Origin: Geosiphon pyriformis uo1
Taxonomy: Eukaryota; Fungi; Glomeromycota
DNA length: 64,000 bases
Direction of reading: 5' to 3'
Assembly: GCA_016748015.1 (NCBI GenBank)
Contig: JAAOMT010000386.1
Span: forward strand, 3,866 to 67,865
The notes below the pieces were generated by a model. The model did no database searches, was not told the origin of the DNA, and saw only the letters and a list, made by a program, of their open reading frames with translations. Made by a program: the position numbers and the translations under genes. Below, one piece after another: positions 48,136 to 62,439 of the stretch. The first letter of the stretch is position 1; each line of letters begins with the position of its first letter.

Positions 48136-49543
48136 TTGTTTGCTCTGGATGTGAATTTGTCAGCTGTTCCTGGCAGAACTAATAGTAATAAGTTCATTTC
48201 AATCAAAAATTTTTTTTACAAAATTGATGGTTTTAGGGGAGCTTCAACTCCTTCAAAATTTCCTGGTGTTATTTGTTTAACTTTTACAAGTGAGTCTAGT
48301 TTGATTAAGGCCAGGAAAATGGCAGTCCATAAGAAAATTGTTGTCAATGGTAATCTCAAAAAAGCAAACATTCGTTTGAATTGGGAAGTGATCATTAAGG
48401 AGATCCCAGTTGATCTTCCAAAGTTGGCTGTGAAATCAGTTTTTCTAAATTTGGCAAGATCGTTTCCATTAGGATGCAATTGATTGGTTTTTGGCAAAAG
48501 ACCCTGATTGAATTTGAGTCATCAGAAGTTGCCAGTTTGGTCGCTTCTAAGTGGTTTGTTCTTATAAGAAAGAATTTGGTTTGTGTAGTGCTGACCGTCA
48601 ATGATAAACAAATATGGGTGCCAAAAGATTGTCATTGGGCTTTGCTCTATATTCTTCCAGTTGGTACTTCAGCTCATGATCTATCAGATTTGTTGATATC
48701 ATATGGTGGGAAAACTTGTTTCATTGGCCGCAATCCTGGTTCATATGTCCGCAATCAGTGTGCAATCATTTGTTTTGAGAATGAGAATGCCAGATTGGCT
48801 GTTGTTAGTACCATTCCAATTTTCAAGGATGTTAGTTTGTGTTGGACTAGTCTTGTTTTGGCTAGCTGTACCAAGTGTGAACAGTTTGGTCATACCACTA
48901 CCAACTGTTCTGTGGGTAGAAGTTCTGGTGTTCATGAAAAGAGGGTGGTTTCTAATCAGGATCAGATTTGTCTGGCTGATATATATAAGAAGAAGTCAGC
49001 TCCTATTGCTCATCCAGTTTCGTTTGATGGCAAAACATGGGCCCAAGTTGCTAGTAACATCTCTTCCTGTGTGTCTCTTTCTGGTTCTCTTGGTTCTGGT
49101 TTGTGTTCTAGTTCGGTTCCTCCTTTAGTGATCCCTGATCATCTTGTTGTTTCCTGTTTGAGTGATCATTTGGCAGTTTTGGAACACTCTTTGGAGCTTT
49201 TGGCTAACTGTGTTTCTGGCATTCTGGTTAGGTTGAATTCCTTTGGTGTGATTTCTTTGATTCTTTCTTCACTGGCCCCCCCTCCTGTTGTTTCTGCAGC
49301 TTTGAGTTCTGAAGTGAATTTAGATATGATTGTGGACAATGCTTTAAGCTATTCTGATATTACTCCCTCTGTCACTATTGATGCTGTTGTCAACCTCAGT
49401 GCTAGTAGTTCCAAGGTTCTTACTGCCAAGGTGGGCGGTTTAAAAACAAAATTGGTCACTTTGAAGGCTTCAGTTGGTTCGGTTTTGGATAAGTTGAATC
49501 TTTTGTGCTCTGGTTTAGATCTGTCAGCTCCCATGTTATCTCA

Positions 49544-52500
49544 ATGACTCACTTAATTTGGAAGATTGTCATGTGCAATGTCAGAGGTATGAACAATTGT
49601 GCAAAGCAGGCAAACATTGTTCATTGGCATAAAAATATGAACAATATAGTTTTTATTGTCACTGAAACAAAGTTGATGGGAAAGATTTGCCCTTGGATTG
49701 CTGATAAGTTTGTTGGTGTTCGTGTTTTTACTTCTGGACTGAATTCTGGTCACATAAGATCTGGTGTTGCAATCATTTTGGACTCTTCTTTGGTGAAACA
49801 TGTGTGTAAAGTTTCAGAGGTGCCTGGTTGGCTTCTGTTAATTAGATTGCTTTTTAAAAACAAACTCTCTGGGTCTATTCTGGGACTGTATGCTGGTGCG
49901 TCTTTGACAGTTTGTTTTTCTCAGGCTGACAAGGTTAACTCTCTCATTGCTAAGACTGTAAATGAGTCCTCCTTTGTTATTCTTGATAGTAATTTTAATG
50001 AGAATGGTTCTCACAAGTGTGCAAGTTTCAAAAAATGTTTTGATTTGGGTTTGATTAACTCTCTGGAGGGGAGCTTCTTTGTGAAGTCACCCACCTGGTG
50101 CAATTTTTGTGGCATCATTAAAATGATTGACTACGTGCTCATTTTTTCTAATTTGGTTGGTATGGTAGTAAATTGTGGTGTGGATGGCATTGAAAACTAT
50201 TTTGATATTAATCACAAGACTGTGTCTGTTTCTGTGGGACTGGGAGGCCTGCTCAATGTCAAGTTGAACTCACTGCACAAACAAGCAAATAGAGATTGTT
50301 GGAAGTATGATATCAAAAATGCCAATGAGGTTAAGTGGTTTGAGTTCAGAGATGCTACGGCTGCTAATGCTGTTATGTTTTTGGATAAGTTTGTTGTAGC
50401 TAAGCGGTTTTCTGGTCTGAATGCGATGTGGAACATTGTTTATAAGATTATAGTTTTTTTGGCTGGTGGAATGTTCAAGAAAAAATGGTTTAAGAGTTTC
50501 AATTGTGTTTTTAATAAGGTGTCTTCCCAGTTTCATAAACTGGAGCTACTAGTGTCCAAACTGGTAAAGGCTTCTCAGTTGGTTTCTGGTAGGGATTTTG
50601 CTTTGTTGTTGGATACTTGGAACAGGCTTGATTCTGTGGGTGCTTTGCCAGTAAGATCTCTGTTTCTTTCTGGCTCCAGTTTTAATGCAATCTATTCTGG
50701 GCTGGCTAAGGTGAGGAAGTTTTACCACTCTTCTAAGTTGTTGGAATCTAAGCGTGCTGAAAAATCTTGTATAAGGCAGGCTATTAAAAAGAGGATAGAG
50801 AGTTTTGAGGTGGATAAAGGTCATACCATTAAAAGTGTTTTGGAGCATTTTTTTCATAAAGTGGTATTGGATCATTTGGTGGATGATGGGGAGTTGGTCT
50901 TAAAGCCTGAGTTAGTTAAATCTAAGGTGGATGGAATTATGGAGGGTTAGACCAAGAAGCGTGTAGTGGCTTCTGATATCTCTAATGACTGAGTAAAGCA
51001 ATTTCAGTCTTTGGATTATGTCTTTGATAGTGCCTTCTCTAATGTGATGCATTCAATTGGTTTTGATGAAATGTTTGGTGTTATTTCAAATTTGCCTGAT
51101 GGAAAAGCGGCTGGTTTTTCTGGTATCATTAATGAACTTTGGAAATGTTGTGACAAGTCGGTCTTGGATATGCTTTTGGTGTTCTTGAATTTTTGTTTGG
51201 ATTGTGAATTAGTGCCTGAACCTTGGAGGGAAGCATGGGTCTCAATGATTCCTAAACCTTACAAGTGGGAGGGGATTCTTATAAATACCTGTCCCATTGC
51301 TTTAATTGGAACAGCTCACAAGATTCTTTTCAAGATCCTTTCAAACCAGATCTCTTTGACTTATAGCACTTTTGATGTCCTCTGTGGGAACAATTTCTCT
51401 GTCCTAAAAGATATGTCTACACAATCACCTATCTTCACTATTGGTTTGGTGATCGAAGATGCTTTGAAAAAGAACCGAGAGTTGTGGCTGGTTTTATAGA
51501 ATATGCACAAAGCATATGATTCTGTGGATTGGGAGCATTTCAAGAGGAGTTTGATCAGGATCAAAATGTGTGACAAATTTATCAGATTTTTTGGTTGTAT
51601 TCATATTGGTCGCACAAACAGAGTAATAACAGATTTTGGTTTGACTGATGAATATCATGTTCATGATGGATTGGATCAGGGAGAGGTTTTTTTGCCACTT
51701 TTTTGGCACATATTTTATGATCCGCTTTTGTGTGAGGTTAAGAGACAGGAGAGCATTTGTGGTTACAGATTGATTTCTCATTTCATTTTTAAGACTGGCC
51801 GGGTAGAATTTCAGGCTGGACTGACATCATTTCTGGCCACTGGTGCTTTTGTTGATGATACTATTTGGGTCAGTAGCAGCCAGGCTACTACACAACACAT
51901 CCTCAATGTTGCTAGTGATTTCTTTCATTTAAATGACATTTCAATAAACAATAACAAAACTGTGGCCATTCCCATCAACTGTTAGATCACTGCTTTTTAT
52001 CTGACTATCAGTGATCTGCCAATCTCCATCGCCAGAAGGAGTAAACCTCATTGTTATTTAAGAATTTTTTTATCTTCTGAAGGTCTTTTAAAGCCTAGCT
52101 TGGTTAAGGCGCATTTGGATGTTTGGTTTTTCACCAATCTTGTTCTAAAAAAAGTTGTTTCAGATAAACAGTTTGCTTATTTGGTATCTTTAGTTCTTTT
52201 TCCTATCATCAGCTACAGAACTCAGTTCAGTTATGTTCCTCTCAGTGTGTGTAATAAATGGGACGCTTTGATTCACAAGGGCCTGAAATCTAAATCTGGG
52301 CTGCCTCTGAACTTTCTCAATAATGCATTTCATCATTCTTCCTTGTACAATTTAAAGACTTTTAAGCAGATTCAGGCTGAAAGCAAGTTGGCTTCTGTCA
52401 TTGCTTTTGTGAATTTGTTTGGTGTTTTGGGTTGCTTGTTCTTTCATATGTCTAATAACCTCCAGGTTCTCAGCTGGTGTTCTCATCACTCTTTGTTGTT

Positions 52501-54234
52501 TCCTATTTGTGTTAGAGTCAGCCCTTTGAACAACTTTTTAGCAGGTGTGGTTCGTGTTTTTTCTGGGTGTGATTTATCTCTGGGTGGCTCTCTGGACAGT
52601 GCTTTTTATCTTCAGAGTAGTACTTCTATGTCTCTAGTTCTCAGTGAGGTGGTTTTCTACAAATGTGTCTCTTCCCTCAAGCATTATGATATTGCTTTTA
52701 TGGAACAGCTTTGTGACCAGAATGGCATTGTTTTTGATTGAAAAACTTTCAAGTATTGGAAAAGATTAGACCTCTGTGGTTCGATTCCCTTCTGGTTTGA
52801 TCTCTCTGTTTATTTTCTTAGTGGTATTGCTTTTTCTTTTTCTGGTTGTGCTTCTCATGAGAGTGTTTGTGGCTCTTCTGACATCCATCAGTTTTTTGGT
52901 TTTGGTGTTATTTGTAATGATCTGTTGAATGTTGGTGCTGCCTGCCTCTCTGTGTACATGGATGGATCTCTAAGTGACTTGGGTACTGTTAGCATGTTGG
53001 TTGGTGCTGCGGTTTTCTTTGAGGACATTAATTCGGGTCTGGGTGTGGGGTTTCTGGTTTGGTTTCTTCTACTTTAGTGGAGCTGCAGGCTATTGCTTTG
53101 GCTCTTAAGTGTGTTCCTTCTTTTTGTTCAGTTGACTTGTTTTCAGACAGCCAAGTAGCATTAGATGCTTGCAGGTCAGAGTCTTTATTGGTTGGTCCTG
53201 ATTACAAGAATTGTTGTTAAATTGAGTGTTGTCACATTGCCAATATCATTCGTCGCAAAAATTTGGATGTTAATTAGATTAAGGTTAAAGACCATTCAGA
53301 CATTTCAGGCAATGAGCATGCTGATGCACTTGCTAAGAATGCTGTTATTTCTGTCTGGCACTTGTCCTATTTGGTCAGTGAGAGGTTTTTGAAGGCTGGT
53401 GTTGGTAAAGTATCTGATAATTCTAGGCATTTTGTTCATGACATATTCAGGTCAATCCATCGCATGCATTGGGAGATTAGTTCTGGTTCTTAGGTTGTTC
53501 CAGGTTGTTTGCATAATAATATTGACTGGTTGAGGTCTTCTCTGGTTTGGCATCCAGACTCCTACTTGGCTTTGGGCTTTACTAGTGTGCAAACTACTGG
53601 TTTTTGAACATACTTTATAAAGGCTCTTCATTGTTGGCTTCCTGTTACTGTGCAGAAGTATTTATATAATAGGTGTTATCCCAGTGTGATGTGTTTGTTT
53701 TGTGGTGATGTTGAGGTCTTAGACCATGTTTTTTCTTGTCTGTTTGATGCTGCTGGTCGTGCTCAGTTGCTAAATGCTCATGCAATGGATTGGGAAGTGC
53801 ATTCTGGTTTGGTTCAGTCTTTTTCATGTGTCTTATGGTTGTTGTCTTCTTGTGTTGCTAATGTTGCAGTTGGTGCTGCTCTGTGCAAGAGCTTTGTTTT
53901 TGGTGATTGGTATTATGAATTGGTTTCAGTTTTTGGGGATTCCAAGATTGCAACATTGGTCATTGTGGATTCTGTGCATGCATTTTGTCTCTCTTTTCAG
54001 GATAATATTTGGCTGATTCATGCTAAATGCTGGGCTTTCATGAAGAAGAATGAGCTAATCCCACATGATGGCTCTATTCCGGCTTTGGTTTCTGGTTCTT
54101 CTATATTGTTTTCTCCTGGTGTGGTTAGATTATTGGATATTGCTAAGGCTTTTGGTGTTGGTTTCAGGTTTTGCAAGTCTTGTTTGTTTTTTTCTGGTAT
54201 TGGTAACAAAGTCTCTGTTCATATAGATGCTTAG
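49544..54234 (+). pseudogene. LINE3 ORF2: AP endonuclease, RT, RNase H, C-terminal zinc finger
   Basis: MCNVRGMN...VTETKL...DSNFN...IDYV...NHKTV (APE). KAYDSVDW, GLDQGE, AFVDDT (RT). VYMDGSL...VELQAI...FSDSQ...KVKDHSDISGNEHADALAK (RNase H). CLFCGDVEVLDHVFSC. Confidence 0.92.
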
Positions 54235-54242
54235 TGTTATTC

Positions 54243-54265
54243 TGATTGGCCTGAGTGGCTAGTCA
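54243..54265 (+). other. Predicted 3' UTR RNA stem-loop of LINE3 (counterpart at 10695-10717, - strand)
   Basis: TGATTGGCC-TGAGT-GGCTAGTCA forms a 9-bp stem (two G:U pairs) with a 5-nt loop. Confidence 0.55.
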
Positions 54266-57200
54266 TATGTAGAAAAAGCATGATTCATTTCTAGTTTAGA
54301 TCATTTGAATAATGTATAGTACTAGTTTGCATTTAGACTTCACTTATTAAAGGAAAAAAAAAAAAATAAGTAATATTATGTCTTATTTTTATATCTAAAT
54401 TTTATAATGCTTATTAATTTTTAATTATTATTTTATTATACCAAAAAAGTTTTTTATATATTTTATATATTAATTAAATAAAATATATTTAATAAATTTA
54501 TTTATTTTATATTATTTATATAGTAATTATGTTTAAAGTAATTTATTTGTTATTATATAGTATATTTTAATTTTAAATTATATATATTATTTAGTATTAT
54601 ATTATAAAATTGCAAAGTTTTTACATAAATAAAGCAAAAGTTTTCAAACAATATAGTATTATTAGTCTTAATAAAATTGTTTTAATACTCTGTTAAACAT
54701 TAACTTTATATCTTTAAGATAAAATTAGATTTAAAATTTGTTTTTAAAAAATTCCAATGTCAATTAATTCTTATTATATTTTAAATTATAAATAATTTGT
54801 GTATATATATTAAAAATATTAGCAATTTATACCAATTATAATTTTTATAAGACTTGAAATATTTAATATTTTGTTTTATTTTTTTACTTTAAAGTTAAAT
54901 ATTTATTTTAGTATTTATAAAATTGAAATTATTCATTATAATATCAAAAAAATCGTATATTTGACTAAAATTTATTGATCATTTAGAAAAAAAATGCAAT
55001 ATATTAAAAACATTTATTTTATGTTTTTATGCAAAATGCTTTCCATGCTTTTTTGTTTATGTTATAATAAAAAGTTTTTTAATATATAGTTTTGTTTACT
55101 CTTAATACAAACAATGTTTTTTATTTAAGGAGTCTTGTACAAATTTTTCTTTGGCCAATATAATTGATAATTTTTTTTTATATATGAATCTTAAGACCTA
55201 AATTTAAAATTTCTAAAATAATTAATAATTGAAAAAGCAATAAAAAATTTAAAAAAGTCTTAAACATATTTAATTTTTATGCAATTTAGCCAAAAAAATT
55301 AGTCTTAAACATCTTATTTAAAATTTCTTAAAGTTAGAAAAAACTTTTAAATAATTATTTGATTGAAAAACACGAATTTTAATTTATTAATATTAGATTT
55401 TTTTCTTCTTAAAAAACTTGTTTGGTTTCTATACTTTTACTTTTTACTTTTATTATGTTTTTATTATTATTTTTTTTATGTTTTTATTTATAAAATTCAT
55501 TCAAAATAATGTACTTGATTATATTTAGTCCTTAAATAATTTGTTGATTTCTTAAAAATGTTTAACAAAAAATAGTTGTTTAATTATTTTCCTAATTAGA
55601 AACCAATAAAAATTAATTATATTTCTATTTGATTAAAAATACACTATTAAGAATATTATTTTTGGAAATAATCGTTTATTGTCTTATTATTACTTGTTTT
55701 GTTGCTATTTTCAAAACCCAACTTGGAAAAAAGTTTTAATTAAAATAGTAAAATATTTTATTTCTGATCTAATTTAAAAAAAGATATATTATTAACATCT
55801 ATAATTTTCTTATTTATATATACCAGAAATTTTAATTATTAATAGTTTTTACCACCCATTAATTATTCAAAGAGGCTTAAATATATTTATAAAATAGCAG
55901 CATTCTAAATACAAGATTAGTTATTCTTGTATTGATAAAAATTGAATATAATAATCACTTTGGAATATTACAACAAATCTATGAGACTGAATATTTGCAT
56001 ATGAAATTTATGATAATAATGTATAGTGTTTTTGAGATAGACAATATTTTGTGTTTAGATTTTGAACATAAGATTTATTATTAATATATGAAAAATAGTT
56101 TTAAAAATTACATGTTTACTTTTTTTGGTTTCATTATATCATGTTTTATATTAAAAAAAAATAACTGCTTTAGGCTTATTTGACTTTTAGTATTTATTTA
56201 GGCTTTTAAAATATAACTTTATTTTAAAAATTGATAAGAAAATACTTTACAGTTATTTATGTTTATACTTAAAATAGAGGTAAACTTCTTTTAAAATAGA
56301 TATAAAAAGAAACTATATGTTATAGACCATAACATATTTTTAAACATAATTAAAGAATTGATTTCTTCTCTGCTCCAAGTTTAATAATATTATTAAAGTG
56401 GCTATTAATTTAATCAGAACTTAAATTTATTAATTGTATATATGTTATATATTAATTTATTATTGTTAATTAATCAATCTCTAAAGTAATAATTAACCAA
56501 GAAAGTTTGTCAAATATTAAATTTAATAAATTAAAAGGCATATCTCTTATAGAAAATTCAAGTTTTGAGATTAATTGGCTTGTGTTCTTTTAGAATTAAA
56601 ACTTTTTTTATGGTTGGATTAATTTAAGTTACAAATTATTAAGAACAGTTATAATGGTTTTTTGAAATTTTTCTGTATTATTATGACAAAATAAATTATA
56701 TTGACAACTTTTTTCAATCATTTTACAATTATATTAAGATATATATGTTTGATTATAAAGCACTTTTCATTAATTATATCAAATTACACATAAATAAGAT
56801 GTGTATTATTTAAAGATTTTTTTTCTGAAATAATTTTCCAAAAAATGATTGCAAAATTTTATATATTTTTATTCTTAGTATGTGAGCTTTTTTGCAAATT
56901 TTAGATATAAAATATTTAAATATGCTATATATTTTGCCAAACTGTGAAATATAATCAACAGGATAACAAAATTCAAGATTGAAAATAACAACTTTTAAAA
57001 AAGAGTGGTTTCGAAACAAGAATACTTCTAGAATGTAAATCTCTATGTACTGCTCATGTTCTAAAGAAAGCCAAGCATAATATAGTCTATTGAACATTTT
57101 GAATTTTGAATTTTTAACCAAATAAATAAGTTTTTAGGATTTTTTCTAATGCATTCAAGATATTTTTTTACCAAGTTAACAACTTTTGATTATTTGCTAA

Positions 57201-60200
57201 GTAGAAAAATGCCCAAATTATCAACAATATATCAAGCAAGTCGAGGAGTGAAGTTGTATTTTCAATTAATGTAGTTGAAAACATGATTTTCAAAAAATTA
57301 CAGATGGATTATCAAACTATGAAGGTTTATATGGATAAAAAAAAATATTTAACGATTTCATTTTGTTAAAAATTTCAACTCATAATTTTGTTAATCACAT
57401 TTCTGAAAAAGCTAACTTTCAAGAAATCTGAAACACTAAAAAATAGACATTAGTTCATTTTATTACTTCATTTATATTGTTTATACTGGCAGAGATCATC
57501 TGAAGCTCAAAAGTTAACTATGCTTATTGTTATTAATTGTATTAGTTCTATTTTTAATTGACACTTTGATTGCTTCTTTTAATATTAGTAATAGTTTTAA
57601 TACCAAGTTTTATATAATTTCCATAACAGAAAGTTTATCTTGGATTTTAGTGAATTGATAAAATATATTATTTTTTATTCAATAACTGCTTTGTAATAAA
57701 AAATTTTATCATTATATAAACATTAATATTAATTCCAGAATAATTATAGATTATATAGAATTTTCGAAGTTTCAAGGGTTTTTTGCCTCAATTTGTAAAT
57801 GAATATCTACTAAATAACATAAATATAGAAATCAAAACCCAAAATTCGAACTATTTGGTGAATACTCAGAATTACATTATTTTAGGCTTGCGAAAATGCA
57901 ACTCGAAATACATTCTGATAATCTATCCTTTATTTATTTAAATTTGATTCCATAATTTCTATTCTACTTAGTTCTACCATAGTTAATATTATTTAAATTT
58001 TAGCAGTACCTATAAAACTATTGGAGGTTAATTTGATTTGAGAATAATAAGACTGTTAAGAAAGAATAAACATCTTAAGTTAATTAAATTCTTCAATATA
58101 TAATTTAAAATCTTAAAATGATAAAATTTTTAAAATTATAAAAAAAAGCAAAGCTCTTTCGAATTTTCGAAACAATATTTCAAAATATACATTTAAATTT
58201 AAAAATTATGATAAAGTAAGTTTAATAAAATATTATTATAAAATAGTTGTGATTTATGTAATATTTTTTGTTAAACACATTTATGTAATTGTTAATATAG
58301 ATGGTATAGATAGAAAAGTAAATATATAAAGTCTTTAAGCTCTACTTTATGTTCCAAATAATGAATTTATTACCTGTCTTGATTATTTCTATTAACGCAT
58401 CTTGTAATTTTTGCACCTGCACCTTCTATTCATTCTTGTCTACTTTGCTTTTACTTCCAGCTCTTCTTTCGCCTCTGGTCACATTTTCCTCTTCTCTCAG
58501 CTCCTTCTTCAACTCTTTTAATCTACCTGCCTTATCACTCTTCATAAACTTTTCTATGCAGTTGTCACACTCATATTCAGCTTTCTTCAATGCTTGTTTC
58601 ATATTTTTTATCTAGTACCAGATAAAGATGATCCTCGATAATAATTTTGTGATGGATGTACAATATTAAGAAATATTTGCCAATTTAAAGCATTTTTTAT
58701 TAACTTTTTTAATTGCTGGGGAAATTTATTAAAAGATTATTCATTTATTTATTTATTTTGTTTGAATCCTTTAGAATCATGACAACGAGTAAACAAACAT
58801 TCAAGTAAAAAGGTTTATTTGTTTATTTTCTATTAGAAGGCTGCTAACTAAAATACATAATGGTTTTTGCTGATTTTAAGCCACATTAATTGGACTTTAT
58901 ATCTGCATCAAAAATGGAACCTTGAATTTTATTGAAAAGTAATTTTTTTGAGACACCTAAAGATCAATTAATTAATTCATTCCAGTTGAAAGAGAACCTT
59001 ATCAGGCCAAGAGTTTTTATGACTTCACATTCTTTTTAAAAAATAAATGATTCACTCCCATTAGCATTCATTCAAATACAGGTTTTTTATATGACGCTTT
59101 CAGGATTCAAGTTAAACGTGAATAAAAATGAATAAATTTTCAACATTTAATTTCTAATAAATTGTATATCATATAATACTTTTTATAACGTAGGCAAATC
59201 TTTAGGAAGAATATAATAGAAATTACTATAATTGCAACAATATTAAGAGCTATATTTTTATAGTAAAAAAATCCAAAGGTATATATCTTTGCTGATATTT
59301 ATTATTTATAGTTTTAAATAAATTGAATATTTAATAACTTTTTTCATTTAATGTAATAGTTTTACATTTGTTTTTTTACATTGATTCTGAATTGATATCA
59401 TAGTTAATATCACATTAACCACTTTTCATGAGTTAAATTTGATTCAAGAAATTTATAATCTAAAATGCAAAAATGAGATTAAAGCAAAAAATATAATGCT
59501 ACTAAAAGTTTGATAAGTATTTTCAATTTAATTTCTTTTAAATAATCCGAATTCCGATTAGGGTTAATAAAAAAAACAAAGTTTTACAATTTTTTAAATA
59601 TTTAAGAAGAAAATGATCGAATTTTTAATAAAAATCTGTATTATTAAAGAGTTACTACTTTAAACCTGCAATTATATTTTGTTTGAAAACTTTTACTCTT
59701 TCCGAATCTCTCAAAGCTTCTATATTCAAATTATTTTTTATATTATCGCACAGTAAATATTAAAAACACCATCCAAAAGTTTATATTTTTAATTAGCGAG
59801 GAAATACAAATATTTAAAAGTTATATTTTTAATGTTATTCTGCTAAAGAGCGTTTTATTGTATTAGCCTGTGATAAAAACATCAACTTCAAAAATCACTT
59901 TTCGTTAAACAACTTATAATTTTTTGATGTTTAAAATAGGAAATGTTATTCTTTTAACTTTATTGTGGGGCTTAAAAAGTAGGCAATAGAATATATTCCC
60001 CAGTGAAAAATTTTTAAATAGGTAACAGAGTCTTCAGATTATGTATGATCAAATTAAATAAAAGCAAATTTATCTTTTTACAATTTGAAAAACTTCATAC
60101 TCCTCCAAAGAAAATTCACTCTTTGATTTTCTGATCGAGGCATTATAACAAGCTCATAATCTGTTGTCATTTGACAATAGCCCACTAGACTACTTTTCAA

Positions 60201-61145
60201 GTCATTGCCATACAAAAACAAATTACCAATTCCAAAATAGGGTCCATGATTTGGCCCACCATAAGGTCCATATCCTCCAATAAATTTGCTAAGTTTATCA
60301 TTTTCAGCTTTGCCATCTCCAAGGGAAAAAATGAAACTTTCTTTTTCCCTCCAATCATTTACTCTTAGAGTATCACAATTGTGGGTTATAGCTGCCGATT
60401 ACCTGATCAGTTCCTTTTACTTTTATTATGCTTACTGTTGCTCCTTTATCATCACATAATCGATGAAAATCGGCTGGAGTGAATCTGTCTCGACTGCCAC
60501 AAAGTAACAATTGGAAATCATTTCCGAGTTGATCTTCAAAAGGAGTATTTTCGTCTTTGCCTTCAATCCAATGATCAAGTTGTTTTATATTATGCAATCG
60601 AAGAAGCTTTGAATTAAGGTTTGATCATAATGGCTGAGCATCTACAGACTTTTGATACTATTCAGTACAAGATAATGATGTAAAAGATCTTCATATAAAG
60701 TTTCAAATAAGATTCTCAAAAATGGTTTTACTTTGTGATAGAAGTCAACTGACAATATGTTAAAGAACCAGATTAAAAGTAAAAGTTCTCAATAGATTCT
60801 TTAAAGGTGTTAAAATTTTCATCTGTCCAGTAAAAAACATTCTTCGTTTGAATATTGTTCTCTAATTTAGCAACCCCTCATTCTACAATTTTTTGTCATA
60901 TTTCAGATTCTTCCATATTTAGATCATTTCGGGTTAAAATTGAGGAAAGAACATTTTCACTAAGCGAGGTGAATTCTTGCGAGTTAAAAACTATAGCTGG
61001 ATTTTTAGCAGCTATTTTGGCGCAGAAATTTTGTAACTTTTTGAAAGAATCATGCTTAAATGCAGTTCTCTGCAATATGGCAAAATTTTCTTCTAGCTCT
61101 TCTGCATGGTGTTCAATCAAATAGTCTTCAAGGTAATCAATAATA

Positions 61146-62439
61146 CAATACCCCTGAAAATAATGGTGGAATAACTCTTGTGGCGCATAATTCTTATTAT
61201 GGTCCAATCAGCTATTTTTAAAACATTTTAAGTAATAATTTATATTCACATACATTCCATGCTACTATTTTTATTTTTTAAAACAAAATTGTTTTGATCA
61301 ATAATGCATTTTATTTTTTGTAATGAAATATAATCCTGTAAAATTCAATTATGAAGTCGTTAAAAGATTTTGACAACAAGGTTATTGAAGTCCAACTGAA
61401 ATATCTCGAAAAAATAATGTTTCTCTTTGCTCTTGTAAACAATATATAGAACAACTTCATAAAAATAGTCAATTTCGAGCAATTCATTGTTCAGGTCATT
61501 CACAAAAAACTTGACTAAAAATGCAGTGCCAGATTGGAAAAATCATAAATCGAAATTACTTTACTACAGCAATTGAAATTAAGGCACAACTTGCAAAAAC
61601 ATATCCTGAGATTGAAATAAGCGAACAGACTATTTGCAATGAACTTTCTAGGCTTGGTTATACAGCTGTTTTACCAAGACGTGTACCTCTACTCACTGAA
61701 CAAACCAAACAAAACTGATTAGTATGGGCTCAAAAACATACTAATCATAATTGATGCAAAGTAGTATTTTCAAATGAAACAACTTTACAAATTTTTTCAA
61801 AATACTTGCTTGGCTTGGTCTTATTCGGGTAAATCTATTGTACCAATGGTAAAATATCCATTTAAACTTCATATGTGGGAAGCAAATTGTGCATATGAAA
61901 AAGTTGGAATATGCATCTTTACAGAAAATATGGACTGATATCTTTACCAATAAGAATTTATATTATAATATAACTAGCATATATGGACAACAAAGTTAGA
62001 ATTTCCAGCATGATAACAATCCAAAGCATACTTCAAAAGATGTTCGTGCAGATCTTGAGATGCAACTGCCAAATCGGGTTTTGTCTTGGCCATCATATAG
62101 TCCAGATCTTAATCCAATTGAGAATATTTGGGCTATTCTTAAACGAAATGTTGAAAAAAAAGTCAAAGCAATAAATAGCACACAAAAAAATATCTCTCAA
62201 GCAATTTTTATTACAATAGTAAAAGAAGAATAAAATAATCTGTCTAATGAGACCATTTTTAACTGTATTACTAGTATGCAAAATCAAATTCACGATTGTA
62301 TTAGTGTAAAAGTAGGAAATACTAAATATTAATTTTTTGCATATATATTCTTTACTTATATATCTATTAAATATTAAAATTTAAATAGAAATTATTATTT
62401 ATAAAAAAAATACCCAGCCATTACTTTTTGGGAGGACTG
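61146..62439 (+). mobile_element. Tc1-like DNA transposon 2 inserted in the BTB-TLDc gene
   Basis: Imperfect TIRs (caatacccctgaaaataatgg / ccattactttttgggaggactg) and TA TSD at 61144-61145 and 62440-62441. Excision restores DELILENIIDYLEDY. Confidence 0.9.
61323..62332 (+). pseudogene. Tc1/IS630-family transposase, decayed (D35E spacing)
   Basis: VVFSNET, FQHDNNPKHTS...WPSYSPDLNPIENIW, C-terminal GNTKY*. Confidence 0.88.

Larger units (their letters stand above)
37503..49547 (+). pseudogene. LINE3 ORF1 (parts 37503-38037 and 48140-49547)
   Basis: Nucleic-acid-chaperone-type ORF with CCHC knuckle CTKCEQFGHTTTNC. The presumed start reads ATA. One frameshift near 48445-48480. Confidence 0.85.
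37363..54364 (+). mobile_element. LINE3: full-length APE/RT/RNase H non-LTR retrotransposon split by gypsy D
   Basis: ORF1 and ORF2, 3' UTR and polyA (~54354-54366). Candidate 11-bp TSD AATAAGTAATA at 37352-37362 and 54365-54375. Removing gypsy D restores the ORF1 frame GPVKLFALDV. Confidence 0.92.

Noticed and set aside
56810-57121. 103-aa minus-strand ORF
   Set aside because: No recognisable motif in AT-rich context; could be a pseudo-exon but is unsupported.
58340-58620. Purine-rich minus-strand stretch resembling a charged coiled-coil exon
   Set aside because: Contains stops and a frameshift and has no identifiable family; possible gene remnant but not callable.
60896-61207. 103-aa ORF as a standalone gene
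   Set aside because: Its N-terminus comes from the Tc1 end; the rest is the BACK region of the pseudogene.
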